This document shows, in pieces, positions 16,467-27,635 of a stretch of 64,000 bases of DNA (position 1 is its first letter; each line of letters opens with the position of its first letter). The DNA is taken from the NCBI GenBank assembly GCA_029866125.1, contig JARWZZ010000007.1, positions 341,519 to 405,518 of the forward strand. The letters run 5' to 3'. The notes under the pieces are model-generated. The model did no database searches. It saw nothing but the letters and a program-made list of their open reading frames with translations, and was not told the DNA's origin. The translations under genes and the position numbers were made by a program. The stretch is from Limnobacter sp. (GTDB taxonomy: Bacteria; Pseudomonadota; Gammaproteobacteria; Burkholderiales; Burkholderiaceae_B).

Positions 16467-17624
16467 ATGGATTTGGTCCGCCCCATGATTCCCCGGACTT
16501 TGTTTACTTCCGACCATGATGACTTCCGCAACACGGTACGTCGTTTTTTTGAAGAGCAGATTGCCCCCCACAGCGAGCGATTTGAAGAGCAGCAGCACAT
16601 TGACCGCAATTTGTGGAACAAGGCAGGCGAGCTTGGATTGCTGTGCGCGACCATGCCTGAGGAGTACGGCGGCTCTGGTGTAGATCGCTTGTACAGCGTG
16701 ATTTTGATGGAAGAGCAGGCCCGCGTGGGTGATTCAGCTTCTGGCTTTTCATTGCATTCCGACATTGTTGCCAACTATGTGAACAACTTTGGCAACCACG
16801 AGCAAAAGCTGAAGTGGCTGCCCCGCATGGCCAGCGGCGAAGTGGTCACTGCCATTGCGATGACAGAACCGGGCACAGGTTCCGATTTGCAGCGCATTAA
16901 AACCACCGCAAAACTGGATGGCGATGCGTATGTGGTCAATGGCTCCAAAATTTTTATCACCAATGGTTATTTGTGCGACATGGCGGTGGTGGCTGTTAAA
17001 ACCGGGCCAGATGAAATGGGTGCAGCCAGTGTGTCGCTGCTGATTATCCCGGCTGATTTGCCCGGCTTTAGCAAAGGCAAACCGCTGAAAAAAGTAGGTA
17101 TGCGTGGTCAAGACACCTGCGAATTGTTTTTCGACAATGTGCGCGTACCCAAAGAAAACCTACTGGGCCAGGAAGGCATGGGCTTCATCATGCTGATGCA
17201 AGAGTTGGCTTGGGAACGTTTGATGATTGGTATCGCATGCGTTTCATCTGCTGAGTATTGCCTCAATTGCACGGTGGATTACGTGAAAAACCGTAAGGCT
17301 TTTGGCAAAACCGTGGCCTCGTTCCAAAACACCCGTTTCAAGCTGGCTGAAATGCGTTCTGAAACCCAGATTGCACGTGTGTTTATTGACCGCTGTATTG
17401 AAGAAGCACTCAAGGGCAAACTGACGGTTGAGGCTGCTTGCGCTGCGAAATACTGGGTGTCCGATTTGCTAAGCAAAGTGGTCGATGAGGGCGTGCAATT
17501 GCATGGCGGGTATGGCTTTATGCTGGAATACCCAATTGCCCGAGCTTTCATTGATAGCCGCGCCAACCGGATTTACGGTGGCACGAATGAAATCATGAAA
17601 GAATTGATTTCTCGGTCGATCTAA
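16467..17624 (+). CDS. Acyl-CoA dehydrogenase (long-chain type)
   Basis: AIAMTEPGTGSDL, GSKIFITNG, QLHGGYG, IYGGTNEIMK; start at 16467 or 16485. Confidence 0.95.
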   Translation: MDLVRPMIPRTLFTSDHDDFRNTVRRFFEEQIAPHSERFEEQQHIDRNLWNKAGELGLLCATMPEEYGGSGVDRLYSVILMEEQARVGDSASGFSLHSDIVANYVNNFGNHEQKLKWLPRMASGEVVTAIAMTEPGTGSDLQRIKTTAKLDGDAYVVNGSKIFITNGYLCDMAVVAVKTGPDEMGAASVSLLIIPADLPGFSKGKPLKKVGMRGQDTCELFFDNVRVPKENLLGQEGMGFIMLMQELAWERLMIGIACVSSAEYCLNCTVDYVKNRKAFGKTVASFQNTRFKLAEMRSETQIARVFIDRCIEEALKGKLTVEAACAAKYWVSDLLSKVVDEGVQLHGGYGFMLEYPIARAFIDSRANRIYGGTNEIMKELISRSI

Positions 17625-17642
17625 TGTGGAAGGTGGCTGCAT

Positions 17643-18446
17643 TTAAGCCCCCACCTGCGAGCTGACTCCACCATCTACCGCTAAAATTTGCCCAGTGATG
17701 TGCTTACCCGCATCACTTGCAAACAGCACTGCGGCGCCCTTCAAGTCTTCGTCATCGCCCAAGCGTTTCAAAGGGGCTTGGTTGGCAATGGCTTCTTCAC
17801 CTGCTGCTTCCAACAAACCCTGTGACATTTTGCTGGGGAAAAACCCCGGTGCAATGGCATTGACTGTGATGCCGTATTTGCCCCATTCACAAGCCAGCGC
17901 GCGGGTGAAATTGACCACCGCGCCCTTGCTGGTGTTGTAGGCAATGGTGGTCATAAAAGCAGGGTTGCCGCCTATGCCGGCGATGGATGCAATGTTGATA
18001 ATGCGCCCGTGTTTGTTGGGAATCATGCTGGCTTTGGCGATGTGTTGCGACAATAAAAAGTAGCCGCGAATGTTCAGGTTCATCACCTTGTCCCACGCTT
18101 CCAGAGGGTGGTCTTCCGCAGGGGCACCCCAACTGGCGCCCGCATTGTTAATCAAAATATCCACTTTGCCCAGGCGGGCCAAAGTTTCTTCAGCAAGCCG
18201 GTGGATGTCTGCCTCTTTGCCTGCATCGGCTGCAATGTAACTGGCTTCAATGCCTTGCTTGAGAAGTTCATCCGTGGCTAGTTCCAAGTCGGCTGCTTTG
18301 CGTGAGCTGATGATAATTTTTGCACCCGCCTCACCCAGCGCTTGTGCCATTTGCAAGCCCAAGCCGCGAGAGCCGCCGGTGATCAAGGCGGTTTGGCCTT
18401 TCAGATTAAACAGGTCGTGGGTTTTGCGAATATTTTTGTTGGTCAT
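17643..18446 (-). CDS. SDR oxidoreductase
   Basis: TGGSRGLG, NNAG, YNTSKG. Confidence 0.93.
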   Translation of the reverse strand: MTNKNIRKTHDLFNLKGQTALITGGSRGLGLQMAQALGEAGAKIIISSRKAADLELATDELLKQGIEASYIAADAGKEADIHRLAEETLARLGKVDILINNAGASWGAPAEDHPLEAWDKVMNLNIRGYFLLSQHIAKASMIPNKHGRIINIASIAGIGGNPAFMTTIAYNTSKGAVVNFTRALACEWGKYGITVNAIAPGFFPSKMSQGLLEAAGEEAIANQAPLKRLGDDEDLKGAAVLFASDAGKHITGQILAVDGGVSSQVGA

Positions 18447-18467
18447 GGTGTCTCCTTTTTATTTGTT

Positions 18468-20330
18468 TTAAAGGCTTTCGGGTGCCACATTGAGGCAAGT
18501 CATGTCGCCTGCGTTGACAACACTCAGCCAGCTTTGTACTTTGGGTAATTCATAGGCAAAAAAGTAATCACATGCAGCTTGTTTGCCTGCAATGAAATTT
18601 GCTGTGTAGTGATTCTCAGGTTTGATGGTGGCGAGTTTAAGATCCAGCCAAATCCATGCCAACACCATGTGCCCAAATGCCTGCAAATACGGTGTGGCAT
18701 TGGCCAGTGCGTGTTGCGGGTTGTTGGTGGTCCATGCGTTTTGAGTAGCGCGGGTGATGCTACGCACAGCTGCTTTCAAATGGGTGGAGTGGGTTAGAAA
18801 ACCGTCGCCTATCGCATCTGCTTTGGCTGTGGTTTTTTCAATTTCGGCTATCAGTGTGCGCAGGGCTTTGCCTTCATTCATCAATACTTTGCGACCCAAC
18901 AGGTCCAGCGCTTGAATGCCATGTGTGCCTTCGTGAATCATGTTCAAGCGGTTGTCGCGCCAATATTGTTCCACTGGAAAATCGCGGGTGTATCCGTAAC
19001 CGCCCAGTACCTGGATTGCCAGGCTGTTGGCTTCTTGCGCCCATTCGCTGGGCCAGCTTTTTGCGATGGGAGTCAGCAATTCCAGTAGCAGTAGTGCGTG
19101 CTCCTTTTGTTCAGCATTGCCGGTGTAATCCTCATCCACCAATCGGGCGCAATACAGGGCCAGTGCCAAGCCGCCTTCAGCAATGGCCTTTTGAGCAAGC
19201 AGCATACGCTTCACATCGGTGTGTTCAACAATGGGTATTTGCGGGCTGCTGTGGTCTTTGCCCCCTGCGCCTGCTGCTCGGCCTTGCGGGCGTTGCTTTG
19301 CGTAATCCAGTGAGGCTTCAAAACCGGCATAGCCCAACATGCTGGCACCTAAGCCGACAGCAATACGGGCCTCGTTCATCAATGTGAACATGCAATTGAG
19401 GCCTTTGCCTTGGCCGCCAATTAAATAACCGATTGCACCGGCTTGCCCATTGATTTTGAATTTGCCTTCCCCAAAATTCAGTAGGGTGTTGACTGTGCCC
19501 CTGTAGCCGCATTTGTGGTTGAGTCCAGCCAAGGCAACATCATTGCGTTTGTTTGAAATTCGTCCGTCGCTGTGTACCAATTTACGCGGCACAATAAACA
19601 GGGAAATGCCTTTCACGCCGGGTATCAGTTTGCCGTTTTCATCGGGGATTTTGGCCAGCACCAGGTGGACTATGTTTTCGCCCATTTCGTGTTCCCCACC
19701 GGAGATCCACATTTTATGACCCGTCAAACGGTATCGTTTGCCTAGGGTATCAATGTCCCAATCCGGTTGTTCCCAGTCTGTAGCGGGTGCTATGTCTGGC
19801 ACTGCTTTGGTCAGAATATCTGACAAGCTGGACCCAGCTTGAGGTTCGCTTAAACACATGGTGCCAAAAGTGCGGCCTTCAAAGCCAGGCTTGGCAAATA
19901 CTTCAATCTGTTGTGCGGAGCCGTGTGCCAAAATGGTGTTGGCATTGCCTCGGGTTAGCATGGGGTAGGCAGCCAAGGCCACGCTGGCTTTGTAGAAAAA
20001 ACTCATGGAGGCCATCTCGACCACAGTAGGCAATTGCATGCCACCGACCTCGGCGGACTTGCTGGCGGCCATTAGGCCGGCTTCATTGAAACAAGCCAAG
20101 GCCTTTGCGGTTTCAGCAGGCAAGTGCACCTTGATGCCGTCAAACTCGGGTTCATGAATATCGGTCAGGCGGTTGACGGGTGCAAACTGGTCACGGGCGA
20201 TTTGCTCACTCAGGTCCAAAACGGCATCGAAGGTTTCTCGGTTGTGCTCGGCATGGAATTCCCGTTCGCACAATGCACCGGCTTTTAACCAGTCGTGCAA
20301 TAAAAAATCAAGGGTGATTCGATGGCTCAT
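18468..20330 (-). CDS. Acyl-CoA dehydrogenase (~620 aa type)
   Basis: GTMCLSEPQAGSSL, G.KMWISGG, QVLGGYGY, IHEGTHGIQALDL; start probably MSHRIT at 20330. Confidence 0.93.
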   Translation of the reverse strand: MSHRITLDFLLHDWLKAGALCEREFHAEHNRETFDAVLDLSEQIARDQFAPVNRLTDIHEPEFDGIKVHLPAETAKALACFNEAGLMAASKSAEVGGMQLPTVVEMASMSFFYKASVALAAYPMLTRGNANTILAHGSAQQIEVFAKPGFEGRTFGTMCLSEPQAGSSLSDILTKAVPDIAPATDWEQPDWDIDTLGKRYRLTGHKMWISGGEHEMGENIVHLVLAKIPDENGKLIPGVKGISLFIVPRKLVHSDGRISNKRNDVALAGLNHKCGYRGTVNTLLNFGEGKFKINGQAGAIGYLIGGQGKGLNCMFTLMNEARIAVGLGASMLGYAGFEASLDYAKQRPQGRAAGAGGKDHSSPQIPIVEHTDVKRMLLAQKAIAEGGLALALYCARLVDEDYTGNAEQKEHALLLLELLTPIAKSWPSEWAQEANSLAIQVLGGYGYTRDFPVEQYWRDNRLNMIHEGTHGIQALDLLGRKVLMNEGKALRTLIAEIEKTTAKADAIGDGFLTHSTHLKAAVRSITRATQNAWTTNNPQHALANATPYLQAFGHMVLAWIWLDLKLATIKPENHYTANFIAGKQAACDYFFAYELPKVQSWLSVVNAGDMTCLNVAPESL

Positions 20331-20425
20331 TTTTACTACCTTTGTGATGTCTGATTCATACAATGATCAGGTTATGATTCGACCATTATGTATCAAACCA
20401 AAAACAAATATTGATAAGGGTATGA

Positions 20426-21310
20426 ATGATGGAAATTCGTTTTGATGGTCGTGTCGCAATCGTGACAGGAGCGGGTAATGGGCTGGGTCGCGCCCACGCA
20501 ATGGGTCTGGCATCCCGGGGTGCCAAGGTGGTGGTCAATGATTTGTCTTTGGAAACAGCCCAAAAAGTCGCTGATGAAATCAATCGTCAAGGCGGCGAAG
20601 CCATTGCCCTTGCGGCCAATGTGGCGGATGTAGACCAAGTCAATCAAACAGTGGCCACAGCCTTGGAGAAGTGGGGCCGCATTGATATTTTGGTCAACAA
20701 TGCGGGCATTTTGCGTGACAAAACATTTGCAAAAATGGACATGTCAGACTTCCGTTTGATTGTGGATGTGCATTTGATGGGTTCAGTGTATTTTTCCAAG
20801 GCGGTGTGGGAAATTATGCGCAATCAAAACTATGGTCGGATTGTGATGACCACATCAACCTCGGGTATCTACGGCAACTTTGGTCAAGCCAACTATGGTG
20901 CTGCGAAGTCAGGCGTAGTGGGCTTGATGAATGTGCTTGCCATTGAGGGAAAAAAGAACGACATCCGGGTAAACTCCTTGGCTCCAACCGCAGCCACAGC
21001 CATGACTCAGGACTTGCTGAGTCAAGAAGCACTGGCCCAACTTGCACCTGAATTGATTACGCCCGGCTTGTTGGTCTTGGTTAGCGAGAATGCACCCACC
21101 GGAACCATATTGGGAGCGGGTGCAGGTTGTTTTGCGGTGTCAAAAATGGTGGAAAGCGATGGCGTGTTTTTTGAAGGAAACAAGTTGACTCCAGAAAACA
21201 TTGCCGCACACTTTGCCGACATTGCCCAACTTCCTGCGACGGATACACCCCTTACTGCATTTGACCAAACCAGCAAGTATTTGAAGAAAGGTGGCCTCAG
21301 CCCTGTCTAG
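20426..21310 (+). CDS. SDR oxidoreductase (3-hydroxyacyl-CoA dehydrogenase, MFE-2-like)
   Basis: TGAGNGLGR, NNAGILRD, GNFGQANYGAAK. Confidence 0.92.
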   Translation: MMEIRFDGRVAIVTGAGNGLGRAHAMGLASRGAKVVVNDLSLETAQKVADEINRQGGEAIALAANVADVDQVNQTVATALEKWGRIDILVNNAGILRDKTFAKMDMSDFRLIVDVHLMGSVYFSKAVWEIMRNQNYGRIVMTTSTSGIYGNFGQANYGAAKSGVVGLMNVLAIEGKKNDIRVNSLAPTAATAMTQDLLSQEALAQLAPELITPGLLVLVSENAPTGTILGAGAGCFAVSKMVESDGVFFEGNKLTPENIAAHFADIAQLPATDTPLTAFDQTSKYLKKGGLSPV

Positions 21311-21347
21311 GTTTATCGATCCTGATTCAATTGCGCTTGAGCAAAAC

Positions 21348-24206
21348 CTAAGCCTCAATTCTTTCGCAATAAAGCTTGACTGTTTGCTCAAGCACTTCGA
21401 TGGAAATGGGTTTGGATAAAAAGCCCACCATACCCACATCCATGCATTTTTGCCGTGCTTCCGTAAGTGTGGATGCGGTTAACGCAACCACAGGAATAGG
21501 GGGCCGATTGTTTTCTTGTTCGTAGGCTTTGATTTGCACAGTGGCCTCGTAGCCGTCCATTCTGGGCATGTGCAGGTCCATCAAGATAAAATTGGGTTGC
21601 AGGCCTTGTTTAATCCGTTGCACAGCTTCCTCCCCGGATGCCACACACTCGGAGCTAAGGCCCATTTTTTTCAGGAATGACACCACCACCGTCTGATTGA
21701 TTTTTTCGTCCTCTGCAATCAACACATGACCTTTGTATTGTTGTAATCGGTTTGTTTTTACTGCGTAAGGTTGATTGGTTAAATCAACGGCTAAGTCATT
21801 GGCTTCATCATCAGCCACGCCTTGAATGGTTTTGGTCCTGACTTTGATGGTGAACCAAAAGTTGGATCCAACCCCTTCTTGCGAGCTCACTCCGACCTCA
21901 CCATCCATCAGTTCAGTTAGGTTTTTAACAATCGACAAGCCCAAGCCCGTGCCCTCGTATTGGCGGTTGTAGGCATCATCAAGTTGAGAAAACGGCTTAA
22001 AAAGTTGGGGAATGTTTGCTGCTGAAATTCCAATGCCGGTGTCTTGCACATTGAACTTTAGGAAGCTGGAGCCATCGTCTTCAGTCAGCTGGTGGGCCTG
22101 AATGGTCACACTGCCGTCGGCTGTAAACTTGATTGCGTTGGCCACCAGATTGTTCAAAATTTGCTTAATACGCACTTCATCGCCAGAAAATTGGGCGTCC
22201 TCCAATCCACTCCAGTTGATCGAAAGGTTGAGATTTTTTTCGCGGGCCTGAATTTCAAACAAGCGGTGAATGTCTTCCAGCAATGCTTTGGGTTTGAAGT
22301 TTTGAATTTTAAGGTCAAGCTTGCCAGATTCAACTTTTGCAAGGTCAAGCACATCATTCAGCAATGCCAGCAGGGTTTCGCCCGACGAAAGGATAATCCC
22401 GGCCTGCTTGAGTTGATCGGCGTTGTTGGACTCAATTTGCATGAGTTTTGCAATGCCCAAGATGCCGTTCAGCGGTGTCCTTAATTCATGCGACACAGTG
22501 GCGAGGAACCTGGACTTGGCTTGGTTGGCCGCCTGTGCTTGGGCGCTGGCAATTTCCAGTTGCCTATTTTGATTTTCGATAAACTGGGTTTGCTCGTGTA
22601 CTTTTCGGCGTACCAATTCGGTTCGACCTGAAATGGCCATCAACATCACCTGCAGCAATGCGGCAAAAAATATGCCCATAACGCCTGCCACCCAAGCAAA
22701 TAGAGGGCGTTGGGCCTGCAAGTAAGCGGTGGAGGGAATCAGTTCAATCGTCCAACTGCGGTCAGCCACATTCAATGTATTGGTCCATCCAAATTCCTTC
22801 ATTTTTTGATCATTCTGCCAATCTTGTTGCCAGTTGTTTGATCTGAAAAAGTGAAGGTCGGATTGAATTTTCTCGGTGTCTGAAAGCCGCAGCGCAAGCT
22901 GGGGGTTGAGTCGGTCCTGCAGCGCAATTCGCACCATTTGATTGACCTTGATAACCCCGACAGCAAAGCCAGAGATTTTAAGGTCGGAGGCTGTGCCAGG
23001 CTTGGCCAAATTGTTGCCCGTCAAAATGGGTTCGAGCAACAACACACCCATATCAGGCTCGGCATCCTGAATCAAGTTGACGGGTGCAGTTACAGCGCCC
23101 AATAAAGAGTTCAGGCTGCTTTCAATTGCCGAATGCCTGATTGAGTTGGAATGAATGTCGTACCCCAACGCGGACTTGTTTTTGATGATGGGGGATATGA
23201 ATGCGACGGGTGCATAAATGTCTCGCACAGCGGCCGTGCCTAACTTCCCATTGGCTTGGTCTTCTCTGATTTCAAAATCAGCAAATTCAGTTGTGCCCAG
23301 CAAGTCTCGCATTCTGCGCTCAAAAGCGTCGCGGTCTTCGTGTCGCACCAAAGGATTGAAGCTGAGTGCAAATACGTCTTTTTGCTTGGCCAGCGTAACG
23401 TGGGTGAAGTAATTAAACTGCAGCAGGCTTAGTTCTGGGTTTACCTCAATAAGTCGGGCCATCGAGGCCAGCATTTCCCGATGGGCAATGATTCTGTTTT
23501 CCAGTTGGCGCTGTATCCGCTCGCCTTCCTCCGCAACCTGGGCGCGGATTTCTTCCTTCTCGTAATTGGCGGCCACAGTAAACACCATGGCAGACAAACC
23601 CAATGCCACACTCAGCGGGATGAGGATGGTGCGCAAACGGGGCCAGTCCCGCTTTTCACCTTCTTTAAACAGCAGCAGAAAAAACGGGGCCGCTAAAAAC
23701 ACACCCAGTACGTCCCCGGCATACCAAGTCCACCATGTGAAAAACACATTGTCCGCAGGAATGATGCCCAATCCATACATGCTACCCACACCCACGGATG
23801 CGCTGCACACACAGGCCAGCACCCCACCTGTCATGAGCAAGGCAAGCGTGTGTTTTTCATTGTCAAAGTATTCCCAGCCCGGCTTGAGTAAGCGCCTAAC
23901 CAATTGGCTACCGGTGAAAGCTTGAAAAGTAGAGCCACATGCAATCAAGCCCGCCAAAAGGGCAGAGCCCGCAATTGGCTGGTCTTTAAAAATGGAGACA
24001 CTCAGATTGAGAAGAAATGAGCCCAACAACACCGAGGCTAAGCCTGTACGCCTAAACCGCAATGCAACAGCCAAGCCCAAGCCGGCTGCAGGAAACATGG
24101 GGGATGAGTACCCAGGACTGATTGCCAGTGCCAGACCCAATGCGCCCAGAATCCAATATGCAATTGCAAGGGTGGGCATTAGTCGAGCAGAGGGGCTAAC
24201 GTGCAT
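21348..24206 (-). CDS. Hybrid sensor kinase: MASE1 + CHASE + HisKA/HATPase + receiver
   Basis: TWWTWYAGDVLGV (MASE1), SHELRTPLNG, GTGLGL, LMDLHMPRMDG. Confidence 0.92.
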   Translation of the reverse strand: MHVSPSARLMPTLAIAYWILGALGLALAISPGYSSPMFPAAGLGLAVALRFRRTGLASVLLGSFLLNLSVSIFKDQPIAGSALLAGLIACGSTFQAFTGSQLVRRLLKPGWEYFDNEKHTLALLMTGGVLACVCSASVGVGSMYGLGIIPADNVFFTWWTWYAGDVLGVFLAAPFFLLLFKEGEKRDWPRLRTILIPLSVALGLSAMVFTVAANYEKEEIRAQVAEEGERIQRQLENRIIAHREMLASMARLIEVNPELSLLQFNYFTHVTLAKQKDVFALSFNPLVRHEDRDAFERRMRDLLGTTEFADFEIREDQANGKLGTAAVRDIYAPVAFISPIIKNKSALGYDIHSNSIRHSAIESSLNSLLGAVTAPVNLIQDAEPDMGVLLLEPILTGNNLAKPGTASDLKISGFAVGVIKVNQMVRIALQDRLNPQLALRLSDTEKIQSDLHFFRSNNWQQDWQNDQKMKEFGWTNTLNVADRSWTIELIPSTAYLQAQRPLFAWVAGVMGIFFAALLQVMLMAISGRTELVRRKVHEQTQFIENQNRQLEIASAQAQAANQAKSRFLATVSHELRTPLNGILGIAKLMQIESNNADQLKQAGIILSSGETLLALLNDVLDLAKVESGKLDLKIQNFKPKALLEDIHRLFEIQAREKNLNLSINWSGLEDAQFSGDEVRIKQILNNLVANAIKFTADGSVTIQAHQLTEDDGSSFLKFNVQDTGIGISAANIPQLFKPFSQLDDAYNRQYEGTGLGLSIVKNLTELMDGEVGVSSQEGVGSNFWFTIKVRTKTIQGVADDEANDLAVDLTNQPYAVKTNRLQQYKGHVLIAEDEKINQTVVVSFLKKMGLSSECVASGEEAVQRIKQGLQPNFILMDLHMPRMDGYEATVQIKAYEQENNRPPIPVVALTASTLTEARQKCMDVGMVGFLSKPISIEVLEQTVKLYCERIEA

Positions 24207-24357
24207 TGTTTTTCTAATAGGTAGCTAAAAGCCGAGCTCTAAATCATATAACTTTCCCGGGCCGCCTATTAATGAGAATAAGGTGAGATTTCATCTAATT
24301 TGACACAATTAGGCGCATTTTTACCTGTTTTTTGATTGACAGCTTGTCTTTATTTGC

Positions 24358-25365
24358 CTAATCGAGCCTGATGTCCGCCTGTCTGATTAGACGCTCCCAA
24401 ACAGGCATTTCCTTGTTGTATTGGGTTTGGAACCTTTCTGGCGAGCTGTCAATAATTTCAAAGCCAAATCCTTCCACACGTGCCGCAAATTCAGGGCTTT
24501 TTACAATATTGCCCAGTTCCCTTGCCAGTTGTTGTTGTATGGGCTTGGGGGTGGATGCGGGCGCAGCCAGCGCAATCCAGCCAATGATGTCAAATATTTC
24601 ATCTTTGAGCCCCAATTCGCTCAAAGTGGGTACATTTGGCAGTAATTTAACTCGCTTTGCCCCAGAAACACCCAAGACTTTGAGTTTGCCCGCATCCAAA
24701 TGCTGCTTAACCACCAGTGTGGACGCAAACCCCATTTGAATGCCTCCGGATAAAAGCTCCTGAATCATGGGTGCCTCGCCTTTGTAGGGTATGTGTGTCA
24801 TGTCTGCGTTGTACGCCTTGCTAAGCTGGGCACTAGCCAAATGGCTGTAACTACCCGTGCCGTAAGACCCATAGTTCAACGCGCCCTTGTTTTTTTGCAG
24901 GTATTGAATGAAGCTGTTGACATCATTGACAGGCACGCTAGGGTGCACAGCCAGTACCAAGGGGGCAGAGGCAATTTGATAAACCAAAGCGAAATCTTTG
25001 GTGGGGGAATAGGGCAGTTTGGAGTATAGGAATTGATTGGTCAGCAGGGAGTTGCTAAGGCCCACCACCAAGGTGTAACCATCGCCTTTGGCTTTGGCCA
25101 CTGAGTCTGTGCCGATTATGCCTGCTGCCCCAGGTTTGTTGTCCACGATAAATGGCTGGCCCAATTTGGTAGCCAACTTATCGCTTAGTATGCGGGCGAC
25201 TGCATCGGTGCCGCCGCCAGGTGGGTAAGGTACTACCAGTTTGACCGGGCGGGTGGGGTAGTCGTCCTTGGCATACGCTGCACCTTGAATCAAAGAACAG
25301 TAGGCTAAAACCAAGGCAATACCCGTTGGGAAAAGCTCTTTAGCAAGCAAGCGGGGCAATATCAA
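24358..25365 (-). CDS. Bug/TctC tripartite tricarboxylate transporter substrate-binding protein
   Basis: YPTRPVKLVVPYPPGGGTD, VDNKPGA.G.IG, HIPYKG. Confidence 0.94.
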   Translation of the reverse strand: MILPRLLAKELFPTGIALVLAYCSLIQGAAYAKDDYPTRPVKLVVPYPPGGGTDAVARILSDKLATKLGQPFIVDNKPGAAGIIGTDSVAKAKGDGYTLVVGLSNSLLTNQFLYSKLPYSPTKDFALVYQIASAPLVLAVHPSVPVNDVNSFIQYLQKNKGALNYGSYGTGSYSHLASAQLSKAYNADMTHIPYKGEAPMIQELLSGGIQMGFASTLVVKQHLDAGKLKVLGVSGAKRVKLLPNVPTLSELGLKDEIFDIIGWIALAAPASTPKPIQQQLARELGNIVKSPEFAARVEGFGFEIIDSSPERFQTQYNKEMPVWERLIRQADIRLD

Positions 25366-25478
25366 ATTGTGACTCCTTCAGTGCGGCAACTTGTTCTGTC
25401 ACACAGCTTGGTTAAATTGTGCAAACTGGGATTACACTCAGCATACCTTTTTTTATTATTTAACAATGTCATCAATTA

Positions 25479-26699
25479 ATGTCATTACTTTCTAGCCTCT
25501 TATTACTGATTGTTTTTGCACGACTCTTTGGTCGATTGTTTGCACGTTACAACCAACCCGAATTGATCGGCGAAATTTTGGCTGGCGTGCTGCTGGGCCC
25601 GGCTGTGCTGCATCTGATTGAACCCAACTTGGCCTTGGCAGGCATCACGGAATTGGCGGTATTTCTAATCATCTTGAATGCTGGTTTGGAAATGCGTTTT
25701 TCTGACATCTTTGACGCCATGAAAGGCCGAGGCATGGTCTTGGCGGCCATTAGTTTTATTGTGCCGTTTGGAGGTGGGGTTGTGGTGGCTGCAATCTACG
25801 ACTTGGATGTGATGCGCATGATTTTCTTAGGCCTGTGCATATCCATTACCGCGCTGCCGGTTGCGGTCAAGTTGATGGACAGCATGGGCATTCTTCACAC
25901 CCCGATTGCCAAATTTGCACTGGCCACAGCGATTGTGAATGATGTTGCGGCCCTGTTCATTTTGGGCATTGTATTGAACCTGCCCGAAGAGCTTGTGTTT
26001 AACGATGCAGTCGGCGCGGTTGGGGTTGCAACGCTGAAATTAATTGGGCTTGCTGTGTTTGTGTTGGCCATCAACAAGTTGTTGGAATGGTTTGAAAAAC
26101 GCAATTACAACGTACAGGCGCTGCCCGAGACGATGATTCGTATTTTTGGCCCCGAAGCGCTGTTTGGCATTGTGATTGTATTCGTTTTGACTTTTGGAAC
26201 CATCAGCGAAGCCCTTGGTTTTCACTTTGTGATTGGCGCGTTTTTTGGTGCCTTGTTTCTGGACAAAAGGCATTTTTTGGCCTCTCGGTACGAGGATTTA
26301 CAAGGCACCCTGTCCTCAGTCACCAACGGGTTTTTAGCGCCGGTTTTCTTTGCCTATTTGGGTTTGGAGTTGCAACTTAATTCCCTCAGCGAGGTTGACT
26401 TCCCGATTGTGGTCATTCTGGTTTCGGTGGTGACAAAAATGCTTGCAGGTTGGTGGGGCGGGCGAATTGTGGGCATGGGTACGCGCGAGGCGATTGGCTT
26501 GGGTTGCGTGCTTAATGGTCGCGGGGTGATGGAATTGGTGGTGGCGGGTATTGCCTATCAAAAAGGTTTTATCGGTCCAACCATGTTTTCCACCTTGGTG
26601 CTGATGGGCATTATTACCACCTTTTTGACGCCATTGTTTTTCAAGCAAACCTACCCTGGTAGGCTGCTTGAAGATTACCGGGAGCGCAACCGGTCCTGA
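25479..26699 (+). CDS. Cation:proton antiporter (CPA2/Na_H_Exchanger)
   Basis: GEILAGVLLGP, SITALPV, NGRG.MELVV. Confidence 0.9.
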   Translation: MSLLSSLLLLIVFARLFGRLFARYNQPELIGEILAGVLLGPAVLHLIEPNLALAGITELAVFLIILNAGLEMRFSDIFDAMKGRGMVLAAISFIVPFGGGVVVAAIYDLDVMRMIFLGLCISITALPVAVKLMDSMGILHTPIAKFALATAIVNDVAALFILGIVLNLPEELVFNDAVGAVGVATLKLIGLAVFVLAINKLLEWFEKRNYNVQALPETMIRIFGPEALFGIVIVFVLTFGTISEALGFHFVIGAFFGALFLDKRHFLASRYEDLQGTLSSVTNGFLAPVFFAYLGLELQLNSLSEVDFPIVVILVSVVTKMLAGWWGGRIVGMGTREAIGLGCVLNGRGVMELVVAGIAYQKGFIGPTMFSTLVLMGIITTFLTPLFFKQTYPGRLLEDYRERNRS

Positions 26700-26711
26700 T
26701 TGTTAAGTCTA

Positions 26712-27482
26712 TTACTTGGCTTTTCTGGCGGCTGCCAGCTGGGCTTGTAGCGCATCTATCCGGTTGTGGTTGTCTTCAGAGCCAATATAAGACCTGAACA
26801 ACCACTCTTGCGTGCGCATGGACATGTCCAAGTCCTGATTCAGCACCACGTTGGACAAACGCTTGGTTTCAGCCAAGCAGCCCCGGTCATAGGCGGCCAT
26901 GTCTTTGGCAATTTGTGCCACCGAGCTGAGTAACTCACCTTCAGGAAACACCTTGCTGACATAGCCCATTTTCTCAGCTTCAGCCGCATCATAAATACGC
27001 CCTGTAAGTGCCACCTCTTTGGCGCGGCCCATGCCAATAATGCGCCACAGTGGGTCCATGATTGGGGTTAGCGACAACACAATTTCACGTTGCCCAAACT
27101 TGGCGCGTGTGGATGCGTAGCGAATGTCACACATCATGGTCAAATCAAAACCGCCAGCAATTGCAGCGCCACCCACTGCACAAATTACAGGCTGTTCACA
27201 GAACAAAATAGCGCGATAAGCCCGGTGGAATAGGGCGGTGTAGGCCTCGTTGCTAACCTTCTCCAGTTTGCGGATTTCGTTGAGGTCAAAACCCGCTGAG
27301 AAGTAACGCTCACCCCCGGTGAACACAATCACATTCACATCTTGCCGTTGGCCCAAGCTGTTGAACATGGCGGTCACTTCGTCCAACACATCGGGGGCCA
27401 AGGCATTGCCTTTGTCCGGACGGTTGATGGTGACCGTTGCAACTTTGTCGGCTACTGAAAGGGTGAGGTATTGAAATTCCAT
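26712..27482 (-). CDS. Enoyl-CoA hydratase/isomerase
   Basis: INRPDKGNAL, FSAGFDL, AIAGG..L...CDIR. Confidence 0.93.
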   Translation of the reverse strand: MEFQYLTLSVADKVATVTINRPDKGNALAPDVLDEVTAMFNSLGQRQDVNVIVFTGGERYFSAGFDLNEIRKLEKVSNEAYTALFHRAYRAILFCEQPVICAVGGAAIAGGFDLTMMCDIRYASTRAKFGQREIVLSLTPIMDPLWRIIGMGRAKEVALTGRIYDAAEAEKMGYVSKVFPEGELLSSVAQIAKDMAAYDRGCLAETKRLSNVVLNQDLDMSMRTQEWLFRSYIGSEDNHNRIDALQAQLAAARKAK

Positions 27483-27635
27483 GGCTGTCTCTTTAAGTTG
27501 TGGTTTCTATTGCAATTTAGATTGATGCGAAGATTGATACAGAGGTTACCACCGAAGTTACTGAGGAGTACCAAAGTACTGTCAATTCAAATCTGATGTT
27601 GTGTACACTGTATCCATTTTAATAGGAGACATATC